Shown piece after piece: positions 22,101 through 30,347 of a DNA stretch of 64,000 nt. The position numbers were made by a program, and so were the translations under genes. Numbering within the stretch: the stretch's first letter is position 1; the number at the start of each line of letters is the position of its first letter. The notes beneath the pieces were generated by a model that ran no database searches, had not been told where the DNA came from, and saw only the letters and a program-made list of their open reading frames with translations. Origin of the DNA: a virus; IMG/VR virus record IMGVR_UViG_3300023174_000002, positions 35,209 to 99,208 of that record; one strand, given 5' to 3'.

Positions 22101-24769
22101 TGTTCTTTGATATTAATACTAAAATCTATTGCTCCAAGAGTTTTTTCTAGTTTATTTTTGTTATCTTGTAACTCTTTCTTATCAGTACCAGTTGCAGTTT
22201 TTAATTTTTCGGCATTATCAATAAGATCTTGTTGTATTCTTACCCTATCTTGTTGCAATACATTTAATGTTTTTGAATTATCAATTGTGTCCTTAGTTTG
22301 TTTTGCTAACTCTTGAAATTCTACACCTAATAACTGTAGTGCTACTGGATCTTTAAATACGTCTTGTAAAGCCATAGCAGCTGTTTGCGCATCTTCGAAA
22401 GTTTTACTTAACTTTAGCCCCAAATCAATAGCATCAAAAGCAAATTTACTAATAGGATCACTTTGTAATAAACTATTTTGTAAATTTTTTGAACTAGTAC
22501 CTACTGCTGTAAGGCTTTCTTTTACTGCTTTAAGTGCTGAATTATATTCTTGCAACTTACCTACTGCGGGGCCTAATGCTTCATTAGCATCTTTTACAGT
22601 TCTGGCTAATTTATTTTCATCATATATATTATCTAAACTATTTTTAATAGCGTCAGAATCAAGAGCCGTAGTACCTAAAATATTTTGTAGTTTTACTTTA
22701 AGTGCTTCTTTTCCTGGGCCTTCAGGAATTGTTTTTAGTGTATTAACAATTGATTCTGCTGCAGTTTTTTGAAACTGAGGAATTTTTCCAAGACCAAAAA
22801 AATCACCAACACTATCAAGAATAGTTTCTACTGGGCCGCGTTTCTTTAAATATGCTTGAAAATCATCAACTGAACTTTTTAAGCCTTCAAATAATTCATT
22901 AGCATTTGTTGCTACTGCATTAAAATTTGTAGAATTAACGTTTTCAGCAAAACGCTTCATTATCTTATCAGTTAAGCTTGAGGTTTCACCTAGAGCGTCA
23001 AGACTACTACTTAACTTACTTGCTTCTGTTTCTGCACGACTAAAATAACTAGTAATAATAGCTATTGTAGTTATTACTACTTGAATAACAAAAAATATTC
23101 TATTTAAAGCTGCGGCTAAAAGTTCAGCAGTAGTGGCAGCAATAACCATAACACCACGAACTCTTGTCAAACCTTTTTCAAAAAAATTTAAACCAACAGT
23201 ATTTGTATCAATAGTTTGCTTTAAATTTCTGTAAGCATCCCTAACGCCTAAAACTTGAGTGTCATCTCCCGCTGCGGCAACAGTTTGTGCCATAAATGCT
23301 TTTTGTCTAGCTTGTAAACTGACTCGTTCACGTAAGCTAGCTTCAATATTTGGGGCTTCTGCTGCTGCATCATATTTACTGTTTGCGTCGGCAAGGGCTT
23401 TACGAGCTGCTATTAATCTTTCGTAAATTAACAGTTGTTTTTCTAACCTATCTGCAGTATCTTGCAAAACTTTTCTGTCTGCTTCGCTAACATTTAAGCC
23501 TTGTTTTCTAAGATCAACAATTTTTTGTTGTATTGCAGTAGTAGTGTCTTTGCCAAGTTCTTCCGAACCTTTTAACCCTTTACTAAGTGCACCATAAATT
23601 CTTTGATCTTGCGCGTCTTTAGCACTAGCATAGGCTTTATCTTTGGCTAAAAAATCTTGTCTGGATTTTTCATAAGCTTTTAAAGCCTCGTCAAGATTTT
23701 CTTTTAGCTTTGGTATATTATATTTTGCCTCAATTTTTTGTGCAAAAGCATCACCAAAACTTACGTTAATTTCTGTAGCACGACGTTTTGCTACTTCTGC
23801 TGCATCGTTTACAGCCTGTCGCCATTGACCTAATGCAGGCAAAGCCATGCCTATAATTTTTGTGCCAATTAAAGCAAGCGCTGCTACTAATGCGGTTGTA
23901 TTATTTGTAAAAAATTCTACTACTGGTACTAAAAATGTATTGAGTAGTTTAGTGCCTTGCAAAGCAATATTACTTAATGCTGCTGCTAGTTTTTCATAAG
24001 GATTAGCAGGAATGTTAACATCATTAAATTTGTCTTTTGCTTCCTTTAACACAGCGTTAGCAAAAGCTTGACGACGTTCAAAATCTGTTAAACTACCAAC
24101 GCTTTTGCCAACACTACGAGCATAGTCTGTAACTGCTTTGTCTAGTTTAGTAAATAAACCTAGTTCGTCCAGCAATTCAGGTTCTATTTTTGTAATACCA
24201 CGAGTTAAACGGCTAATAGCTTCAGCCGTATCAATACCAATAGTTTGGCCAGCCTTTTTAGCTGCATCAGCTAATTGTAGCATTTGTTTACTACTTAGAC
24301 CACTAGTAACACCTTTAGCAGCGGCACCCATTGCTTCTTTAAAATTAAGCGCACCATCTGTAGCAGCAACTAAGTTTTTAGCCAATGCATTAATAGCAAC
24401 ACCACTAGTAATACTTAGTTGTGTTAGTGCATTTTCTTGTATAGCTGCATTATATCCATCGCGTAAAAAATTAAAAGCAGTGGCAGCAGCATAAGTATTA
24501 GCAGCAAGTGTTGCGTATAGGCGAACTAATCCACCAAGACCTTGCTGTTCATTAGCAAAGTCTCTGGCACTAGCACCAGTTAAGCCGCTGGCGCCACGAG
24601 CACGACCATACTGCATACTGTCAGCACTAGCACCTACTTTACTGTATTCTTGTGCTTGCCTTACAGCTTTGCCTAACTCTTTGTTAAGTTCTTTGGTATC
24701 ATTAATACTTGCTTCTAAACTACCGTCAGACTTGACTTGTAGTTTAATATTTACGGTATTACCTGCCAT
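19187..24769 (-). CDS. Tail tape measure protein
   Basis: 1860 aa, helical Ala/Gln/Leu-rich; T5-like GITKIEPELLDELG motif; C-terminal FAKGG/GEAGPEAIMPL. Confidence 0.92.
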   Translation of the reverse strand: MAGNTVNIKLQVKSDGSLEASINDTKELNKELGKAVRQAQEYSKVGASADSMQYGRARGASGLTGASARDFANEQQGLGGLVRLYATLAANTYAAATAFNFLRDGYNAAIQENALTQLSITSGVAINALAKNLVAATDGALNFKEAMGAAAKGVTSGLSSKQMLQLADAAKKAGQTIGIDTAEAISRLTRGITKIEPELLDELGLFTKLDKAVTDYARSVGKSVGSLTDFERRQAFANAVLKEAKDKFNDVNIPANPYEKLAAALSNIALQGTKLLNTFLVPVVEFFTNNTTALVAALALIGTKIIGMALPALGQWRQAVNDAAEVAKRRATEINVSFGDAFAQKIEAKYNIPKLKENLDEALKAYEKSRQDFLAKDKAYASAKDAQDQRIYGALSKGLKGSEELGKDTTTAIQQKIVDLRKQGLNVSEADRKVLQDTADRLEKQLLIYERLIAARKALADANSKYDAAAEAPNIEASLRERVSLQARQKAFMAQTVAAAGDDTQVLGVRDAYRNLKQTIDTNTVGLNFFEKGLTRVRGVMVIAATTAELLAAALNRIFFVIQVVITTIAIITSYFSRAETEASKLSSSLDALGETSSLTDKIMKRFAENVNSTNFNAVATNANELFEGLKSSVDDFQAYLKKRGPVETILDSVGDFFGLGKIPQFQKTAAESIVNTLKTIPEGPGKEALKVKLQNILGTTALDSDAIKNSLDNIYDENKLARTVKDANEALGPAVGKLQEYNSALKAVKESLTAVGTSSKNLQNSLLQSDPISKFAFDAIDLGLKLSKTFEDAQTAAMALQDVFKDPVALQLLGVEFQELAKQTKDTIDNSKTLNVLQQDRVRIQQDLIDNAEKLKTATGTDKKELQDNKNKLEKTLGAIDFSINIKEQSIGKIQGQLNNIVDVILTRAFDILDKKTELARRQAQVGIERAIISGMSGPGTAEAQARLDSKDLAIQKEQLNLTANIVRQGLEAKIIQEQQLLQLEAIKQELAGGATTESRGANKKAQEDLSKVLESVQKGKDVGPEDKNLSPAALRYAMESRQINQGINAQNAALNGKASEISLKKQLGVLQEQQAVRGRILAAERTQAQFELESFNREGISLDFLSEGGKLRRDQLEDAVRLKDNEIAMKAITDKIAQDDLRIQQLKKNGADKELLAAVQKSRTDLVSQKNTLENQQKQQDQLAQIKKAQEEISRAYAAITREIEHQNKMRDIAIQQQRQDLAYLTSVTELYNNAGLLTGTELAAAQKLTQERRTELDYQQQQNSLQDNYVKQYLDFQTKIAQAKAANKTSEVTEYERAQGRLKLEFESASAANAKNNIQQKFLDARNAEINLLKQVREYENKLADAAMARLKSQQELNSLSDSNMPYLTDKVLENRLALEKEIADEGFRRRQQELDDIDLINQRLMVELKIKSAIAGIDFDPTAYNNEQVRIDNLRKSLGLDQKSFEVKQAQAVINNKLAGDLQRLQMENTLAEQGNKATQIALDNKSQMLSAQQSLNMLTPQQIQDQQKIIDYGKLEADTTAAKRAEDDRYTQAKLENAAAIKRTLAADANADLTLLNDKAKFIEQSHQNEMKNIAQTMAGRKAAMDLQYSMNERQKAYNDAFIKMFDGMADSIIDFVNTGKGNFSDLIDSFIKDLARYELRLFLFQQYQQHIRPGLGLGGPAIPGQGAASGGGGFSLSNIFGSFFGGNAGSVTGSSGTYAMDAFSFAAKGAAFDERSNKFAKGGAFEEGYTVHPFARGGSFTNSVVNEPTMFKFAQGTGLMGEAGPEAIMPLMRDSSGNLGVRTDGGNAGSHVNIVINNNTSAEVQTNEATDGRGNRSIEITIGDIVARQVASKNSTLQQTMGAVYGNRPALARR

Positions 24770-24829
24770 AGCATCTCCAGGTTATCTTATGTAGAATTTT
24801 AAATATTCCACACATTTTTATGTAGCTTC

Positions 24830-24858
24830 ATTATAACATATGGGCTACTTTATGTCAA
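24830..24858 (-). promoter_or_regulatory. Consensus sigma70 promoter upstream of the tape measure gene
   Basis: Minus strand TTGACA-17bp-TATAAT. Confidence 0.8.
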
Positions 24859-24878
24859 TACCGAAATTTTTAAACAAT

Positions 24879-24920
24879 AAAAAAGCTCGTCCAGTTTGTT
24901 AACTGGACGAGCTTTTCTTT
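24879..24920. terminator. Intrinsic terminator after chaperone GT
   Basis: AAAAGCTCGTCCAGTT/AACTGGACGAGCTTTT inverted repeat with flanking A/T tracts. Confidence 0.7.
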
Positions 24921-25246
24921 TTGCTGTTTATATCTTCTTGACGTATATTATCAATTATCTTAATTAGTTGAAATACAATATTTCTATCGCTAGGATCAAT
25001 GTCGCAGAAATTAAAAATTTCAGTAATGCCTGTTAGGGATTTTCCTAAATATACGCCATTCATGCCGTCCCAATCGTCTCGCATAAATTTGTAGACGTTA
25101 AGTGCTTGTTGTACATCTAGTGGAAAGTCATCAAATTCTACAGGTATTTCAGATTCTACAGGTTCGCTACCTAGCTGTTCACACATTTCAAAATATGCTT
25201 CCTTAGTCATAGCCAAAGAACTATTTTGTATGTAGTTTTTTAGCAA
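24899..25246 (-). CDS. Tail assembly chaperone, frameshifted (T) segment
   Basis: Lies in the -1 frame of the upstream chaperone; T5-like YFEMCEQLG..P motif. Confidence 0.8.
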   Translation of the reverse strand: MLKNYIQNSSLAMTKEAYFEMCEQLGSEPVESEIPVEFDDFPLDVQQALNVYKFMRDDWDGMNGVYLGKSLTGITEIFNFCDIDPSDRNIVFQLIKIIDNIRQEDINSKKKSSSS

Positions 25247-25251
25247 CTCAG

Positions 25252-25671
25252 TTACTTCGTAGAGCTGCCTGTAGAAAAGTTTCCCAGATCGCTTACCTGT
25301 TCGCTAATAAATGCGTCAAAGTTACTGGAATTTTTCATTAAGTACAATGCATTTTCTGCAGTGAACTCTAGGAAATCGTCTGGATCTTGACCGGTTAAAT
25401 CAACTGGAGCCAACTGCTCCAAATAACTTAGTTTAAGGCCTTTCCAACCTTTAATTGCTTGTTCGCAGTATAACTGCAAAAATACATCTTCGTTAAAATC
25501 TTCTTGTGGTTGACGATTTTTAAATGAAGTTTTAGTAGACTTCTTACGAATGTTTAGCAACAGTTCACGAGATAAGAAACTCAACTGCAGCACAAACCCA
25601 GGCATGCCTGGATATTCGGTCTCTACTGATTTTGATGGTACTAGTAGATTTTTAAGAGAAAGTGTAGACAT
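25252..25671 (-). CDS. Tail assembly chaperone (G)
   Basis: T5-like chaperone (YPGMPGF, IKGWKGLKLSYL); ends in LGNF over a slippery site. Confidence 0.85.
   Translation of the reverse strand: MSTLSLKNLLVPSKSVETEYPGMPGFVLQLSFLSRELLLNIRKKSTKTSFKNRQPQEDFNEDVFLQLYCEQAIKGWKGLKLSYLEQLAPVDLTGQDPDDFLEFTAENALYLMKNSSNFDAFISEQVSDLGNFSTGSSTK
25279..25285 (-). other. -1 programmed ribosomal frameshift heptamer G GGA AAC
   Basis: A -1 slip reads on as ...LFYRQLYEVTELLKNYIQ, in frame with the 24899-25246 ORF. Confidence 0.8.
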
Positions 25672-25731
25672 GTTTACCTTTTGTTATTGGGAGTGGGGCT
25701 AGCCTAAGCTAGCCCTACGTATTTTAAGCTA

Positions 25732-27663
25732 TTAAAGTACTGTGTAATAACGAATTTCAACTTCGTTAGACTGAGAAATATCAAATGCGTTAGCATTTGT
25801 ATAACCTTGACCAGTAAAGTTAATGGCTGTACTAATAACCTGTTCCGTAGCAATACTAGGAATAGTTAGCACAGCAGCGCTAACATCTAGTTCAACACGA
25901 ATTGGGTTTGAAGAACCGCCGATTGCAACAATCATTTCATAAGCAGGGTTAACATCCGTTAAACTTTGTGTTAACATATCGCTTAGCAATGTTGCTGTGC
26001 TATTGGGTACTGCAACTGTGCCGGTACGTAGATATGCATTTAGAGTACCTGTAATACTACGCGTACCTGTAAAGTAGGTAATAGGCTGGTTAACAATACC
26101 TAAGTTAGCTGGTGTCAAGTATGTGATATTATTACTAATAACCATTTGGCCGCCGGTTAAGGCTACGGTATAAACTGTACCAGTACCATTAATGCCACCC
26201 TTAACACTCATTGTACTCAACTTATTAGCAATGTAAGGTGCTAGATAGTTTTTACCTTTAGCTGTACCACTTAATCCACTACCAAAAGTAACCGATGTAC
26301 CAGCAGTAGCTGTTAAACCAGGCAATTGACGTAGTTTTGTACCTTTTCCAGCCCAAGCAATTGTTGCAATTGCATCTAAACCGAAGTCAATTGTAGCACT
26401 GTCCAACGCACAATTGTCGATAATAAAGCTGCTAGAGTCTAGTACGATAATTACGCCAAACTTTTGTAGTTGGTGAGCCTGCGAATAATCAGCAACTAGC
26501 TTAGAGTACTGATAGCCATCTGTCCAACCTGCTGTTGGGTTACCAATACTATCTGTGCTCATTAGTGCATTCCACAGTACGGCTTCTTCAGCAGTAACAA
26601 GGTTAACACCAGTATTAAGTACAACACCAGCACTAGGTGTATAAGTTACTTTAAATGTACTAGCAGTTTGAGCAAGAGTACCAACACCGTCAAAAGTTAG
26701 TTTAACAGCACCTTCATAAATACTAATACCAGCACTACCAGTAGTAAGATCAACGTCTGTAAATAGCGCACCACCTGCAGATTTTAAAATTTTATTTAAA
26801 CTACTTGTAGCAACAACAATTGCACCAGCACCACTAGCAACAGTTTGTACAACTGGAACTGTAATTTCATCAACAAGTGTACTTGCTGCTACACCATTGA
26901 CTACACCAGTTACAGTACAGCGATAAGTATTTGTTGCAGCACCAGTAGCAACACCAGCCGTATATTCTGTAGCAGCACTATTAATTACGTAACTACTACT
27001 TGTAGCACCAGTAATATTTGTAAAGCTACCTGTACTGCCGGCTTGAATAGCCCACTGATACGTAGGAGTAGTAATATTTTGTACACCAATAGCAAGTGTT
27101 GGAAATGTTCCTGGAAGTGTACCAGTTGTAGCTGCTTTTACAATTACTGTAGGACCATTTGTAATTGCTACATAGCTAGCAACATTTGACGATCCACTTG
27201 TAATAACATTAGCATTTGCAGTAGCACCACGACTTAGTGTATAGTTAAGTACTTTTGTTGCAGGTGTACTAACATTAGCTGCGCTATCTTTTACACTAAA
27301 GGCTACTGTAAGGTTTGCAACGTTTGCTGAAATAGAGCTAGGTGCTGGAACTGTAAGAATTCCACTATTAAAGCCGCCGGCAGTAGTAGTGCTAGAATCA
27401 GCAGGGCGAATATAAGTACTAAATGTAAAATCTACTGGATCAAGTGCCGTGTTAAAACTACGTTGACCACGAACAGGTGTTGCACCAGCTTCATTTAGAG
27501 TAACCACATCAGCCGTCGTATTTTGACTAAAGCTGAAGCCATCTAGAACTTGGATTTCATATGTATTGTTTGCTGTGAAACCACTGGTGGCTACTACACC
27601 ACTCGATGCATCCACATTAGTCGTGAAGAACATCCGACTATTACGAATTAAATTAAATGACAT
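25732..27663 (-). CDS. Major tail tube protein (T5 pb6-like) with internal Ig-like insertion
   Basis: N-terminus MSFNLIRNSRMFFT..EIQVLDGFSFSQ..LNEAG..P.RG...FNTALDP matches the pb6 family. Confidence 0.88.
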   Translation of the reverse strand: MSFNLIRNSRMFFTTNVDASSGVVATSGFTANNTYEIQVLDGFSFSQNTTADVVTLNEAGATPVRGQRSFNTALDPVDFTFSTYIRPADSSTTTAGGFNSGILTVPAPSSISANVANLTVAFSVKDSAANVSTPATKVLNYTLSRGATANANVITSGSSNVASYVAITNGPTVIVKAATTGTLPGTFPTLAIGVQNITTPTYQWAIQAGSTGSFTNITGATSSSYVINSAATEYTAGVATGAATNTYRCTVTGVVNGVAASTLVDEITVPVVQTVASGAGAIVVATSSLNKILKSAGGALFTDVDLTTGSAGISIYEGAVKLTFDGVGTLAQTASTFKVTYTPSAGVVLNTGVNLVTAEEAVLWNALMSTDSIGNPTAGWTDGYQYSKLVADYSQAHQLQKFGVIIVLDSSSFIIDNCALDSATIDFGLDAIATIAWAGKGTKLRQLPGLTATAGTSVTFGSGLSGTAKGKNYLAPYIANKLSTMSVKGGINGTGTVYTVALTGGQMVISNNITYLTPANLGIVNQPITYFTGTRSITGTLNAYLRTGTVAVPNSTATLLSDMLTQSLTDVNPAYEMIVAIGGSSNPIRVELDVSAAVLTIPSIATEQVISTAINFTGQGYTNANAFDISQSNEVEIRYYTVL

Positions 27664-27739
27664 CTTTCATTCCTTTTTATTTAATGCCTTGTTGCATTAA
27701 CTAGACTTTTATCTGTTGCTAGCATTAGGGCATGGTTGC

Positions 27740-28177
27740 TTACATAATCTCGTAACGGACTTGTAAGATAATTTCTCCAACTGCATAAGGAGCTAAGAGC
27801 CCCTCATCCGTTGTAATTGACTGTATCAAGATATCAGTCGTGTAATGTCCGGTTGCAGTATTGTATACTAATCTGTTATTAGCGTCAATACAGGTTTCAA
27901 CATCTTCCAACAATTTTTCTAGTTGCTCACTGCTGTTTTCACCATGACAGTAAACTCGGATACATAATGTTAAAAATCCCCACTTAAAATCCCCTGGAAG
28001 ATACTCACGAATTTCATTGGTGGGTGTAACAAACATACTTGGAAAGTCTTTTACCTCATCCCAAAACTTTAGTTTAGCATAACAATTTTTAAATAAATTA
28101 ACGCGATAAGGTTGTTGACCATTAATCAAGTTAAGTTTTTGAACAAGGGCTTTTACAATACTAGTTCGTTTACTCAT
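27740..28177 (-). CDS. Tail terminator protein (T5-like)
   Basis: RTSIVKAL, KFWDEVKDFP, SITTDEGLLAPY motifs; synteny. Confidence 0.8.
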   Translation of the reverse strand: MSKRTSIVKALVQKLNLINGQQPYRVNLFKNCYAKLKFWDEVKDFPSMFVTPTNEIREYLPGDFKWGFLTLCIRVYCHGENSSEQLEKLLEDVETCIDANNRLVYNTATGHYTTDILIQSITTDEGLLAPYAVGEIILQVRYEIM

Positions 28178-29676
28178 ACATTCACCGATCTCAACCTATT
28201 CTTTATATTTTCTGCTGCAATATCCCTGATTGACTTAGCTATCAACAATTTAGGGTCTCTGCTCTTAGGATTTTCCTGAGCACCACCTGCACTAAAAGTT
28301 CCGTATGGATTACGCATATAACTATAAAAAGCGGTAATCATACCTTGTCTGCTCTCAGTTAGTCGTTCAATTTTTGCACTATTTGCAAATCTACCTGTTC
28401 TGTAATTTAATACTGTAGTACTTGTACCAGTACCCATATTTTTAACAATAGCTTCACGTAGCTTACCGTTAAACAGTGCCAATAACGAAGTTAAATCCGT
28501 AGCTGCTTGCATTGGTGCAGCTTGAATAACTGTAGGTTTATTAGGTGCCTGCTTTAATTCTTGAACAACTTTTTTAAGTTTTGAAATTGTATCTTTATTA
28601 TTACTTTTAACCACCTTAGTAGATTTTCTAGCTACTTCTGATTTTTGGCCTACATAAGTTTTTTTCTTGCTTTTACCAGTTTGAATAACTTCAGTTAAAT
28701 TATCTGCAAGCATCTGAATAAAACTAGGAGAGCCTTGTGAAGTTAATAGGGCTTGACCAAGAGTGGGGGAATTCTTTAATAATGCCTCAGCGTCACTGGT
28801 CTTTAAGGTAAATAAATTTCTAATTTCTTCTACGATACTAGCGCTAGCAGATCCAGCGGCTTGATTTTCTACACCAAATTGAAACTCTACTAAGTATTTA
28901 CCATAGCTATCTTTAACATAGTCAGCATAAATAACTTGATCGATTTGTTTTAAATTACTAGTAAGAATATCATCTGCTTCTAACTTTTTAATATATACAG
29001 ATAGTGCACCAATTAATGCATTTCTTTGTTCAATATCCTTAAACTGTAATTTTTCAATTTCATCTCTAGTTTGTTTAAGTAAGTTAGTTGCAACACTTAT
29101 TACATGGCCTTTGTTAGCATAATAACCAAATTTTCCATGTTCATCAGCTTGTTTTCGTGCTTTGCGTAAAGCATCTTGTTTTTCAGCAAAAGTTAAAGTA
29201 TTCCATTCTGGACTTGCTTTTAGTTCTGCTTCTTTTGCTTTGTATTCTACCTCTGCGGCATTTTCCAAAGCTAATTCCATAGCAGCTGATTCTTTAATGT
29301 CAAAAGCACTTAAAAATCTTTCATTAATAGTGCTAAAACCAATAGATTCAAATTTTACTGCTTGTTCACCATTTCCCAGTGTAATAAGTTCACCAGCACT
29401 TTCTTTACGTTTTTGAGGATTGGTTATAGCCGCGTTTTCTTCCATTAACGCATTAAAAACTGTTGCCGCAGCACCAACTGACATTTCTTGACCAGTTATA
29501 CGTTTATAAATACCCTCAATTTGATTTTGAGTAACATAAAAACTAGTCTTTGCAGCAGTTTGTTCTTTACTACGTAAGTCACCAGCAGCTTTTACAAGAA
29601 TACTATCTTTTAAAGTTTTTAGCCATTTTGTATATACTTCATTTTTAATAGCTGCTGTAAAATTCTCTATACTCAT
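28174..29676 (-). CDS. Tail completion protein (T5-like), N-terminally extended
   Basis: C-terminal LNYRTGRFANS...YSYMRNPYGTF...RDPKLLI..SIRDIA motif; synteny. Confidence 0.75.
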   Translation of the reverse strand: MSIENFTAAIKNEVYTKWLKTLKDSILVKAAGDLRSKEQTAAKTSFYVTQNQIEGIYKRITGQEMSVGAAATVFNALMEENAAITNPQKRKESAGELITLGNGEQAVKFESIGFSTINERFLSAFDIKESAAMELALENAAEVEYKAKEAELKASPEWNTLTFAEKQDALRKARKQADEHGKFGYYANKGHVISVATNLLKQTRDEIEKLQFKDIEQRNALIGALSVYIKKLEADDILTSNLKQIDQVIYADYVKDSYGKYLVEFQFGVENQAAGSASASIVEEIRNLFTLKTSDAEALLKNSPTLGQALLTSQGSPSFIQMLADNLTEVIQTGKSKKKTYVGQKSEVARKSTKVVKSNNKDTISKLKKVVQELKQAPNKPTVIQAAPMQAATDLTSLLALFNGKLREAIVKNMGTGTSTTVLNYRTGRFANSAKIERLTESRQGMITAFYSYMRNPYGTFSAGGAQENPKSRDPKLLIAKSIRDIAAENIKNRLRSVNV

Positions 29677-30260
29677 GTGTAATCAGCCTTGTACAGGTCT
29701 AATACTCTACGAATATGTGCTGGCAGACTAGTAGTTGAAATATATTCAATCTGTACACTGTTAGTGCCGGGTGCTTTTGTACTGTGAATTGCCGCGTCAT
29801 TTTGACGATAATAACTTACTAAATCCATAATTGCTAATGCAACATCACTAGGTACATCATCATACCCTGCACGATAAATAACTCGATATCCACGAATATA
29901 CTTAATAAATCCTTGTGAACCAATGGCCACAACTTCGTCGCCATCTTGTACCCAATCTACATATTGTGTTAGTGCATTATAATTTTGACCATAGTCTGTG
30001 CTAAGGGCGACTTCACTAACACTGATAACTGGGCTTTCTTGCAAAATAAATTTTGATTGCCCTGCACCACCGTAACTAGTTGCACCATTAAAATACTCAA
30101 CTTTATCTACGTCAACAAAGTCTACAAAAGTTTTGTTGCAATATTTTTTTACCAGTTCACTTACGCGGGGAATTAGTCCAGCAATCTCTCTGTCGTAGTT
30201 GGTACTCTTAATTCCGGCATAAGTTTTATATTCAGCTAATGTAATTAAATTTAATGCCAT
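29673..30260 (-). CDS. Head completion/head-tail adaptor
   Basis: LITLAEYKTY...YRAGY..VP.DV.LA motifs; follows the capsid gene. Confidence 0.82.
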   Translation of the reverse strand: MALNLITLAEYKTYAGIKSTNYDREIAGLIPRVSELVKKYCNKTFVDFVDVDKVEYFNGATSYGGAGQSKFILQESPVISVSEVALSTDYGQNYNALTQYVDWVQDGDEVVAIGSQGFIKYIRGYRVIYRAGYDDVPSDVALAIMDLVSYYRQNDAAIHSTKAPGTNSVQIEYISTTSLPAHIRRVLDLYKADYT

Positions 30261-30274
30261 GTTTTTCCCCTGTG

Positions 30275-30332
30275 TCTTTTACATAGGCTCCTTAAAGCCT
30301 ATGTAAAAGACAGGTCTCGAAAGACCTGTCTT
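30275..30332. terminator. Two tandem hairpins after the capsid gene
   Basis: GTCTTTTACATAGGC/GCCTATGTAAAAGAC and GACAGGTC/GACCTGTC inverted repeats. Confidence 0.55.
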
Positions 30333-30347
30333 AGATTGATTAAAAAA

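Noticed and set aside
1751-29416. Short plus-strand ORFs within structural genes (e.g. 8025, 10475, 24138, 26845)
   Set aside because: Antisense shadows of long, biased coding sequences, with no RBS or promoter support
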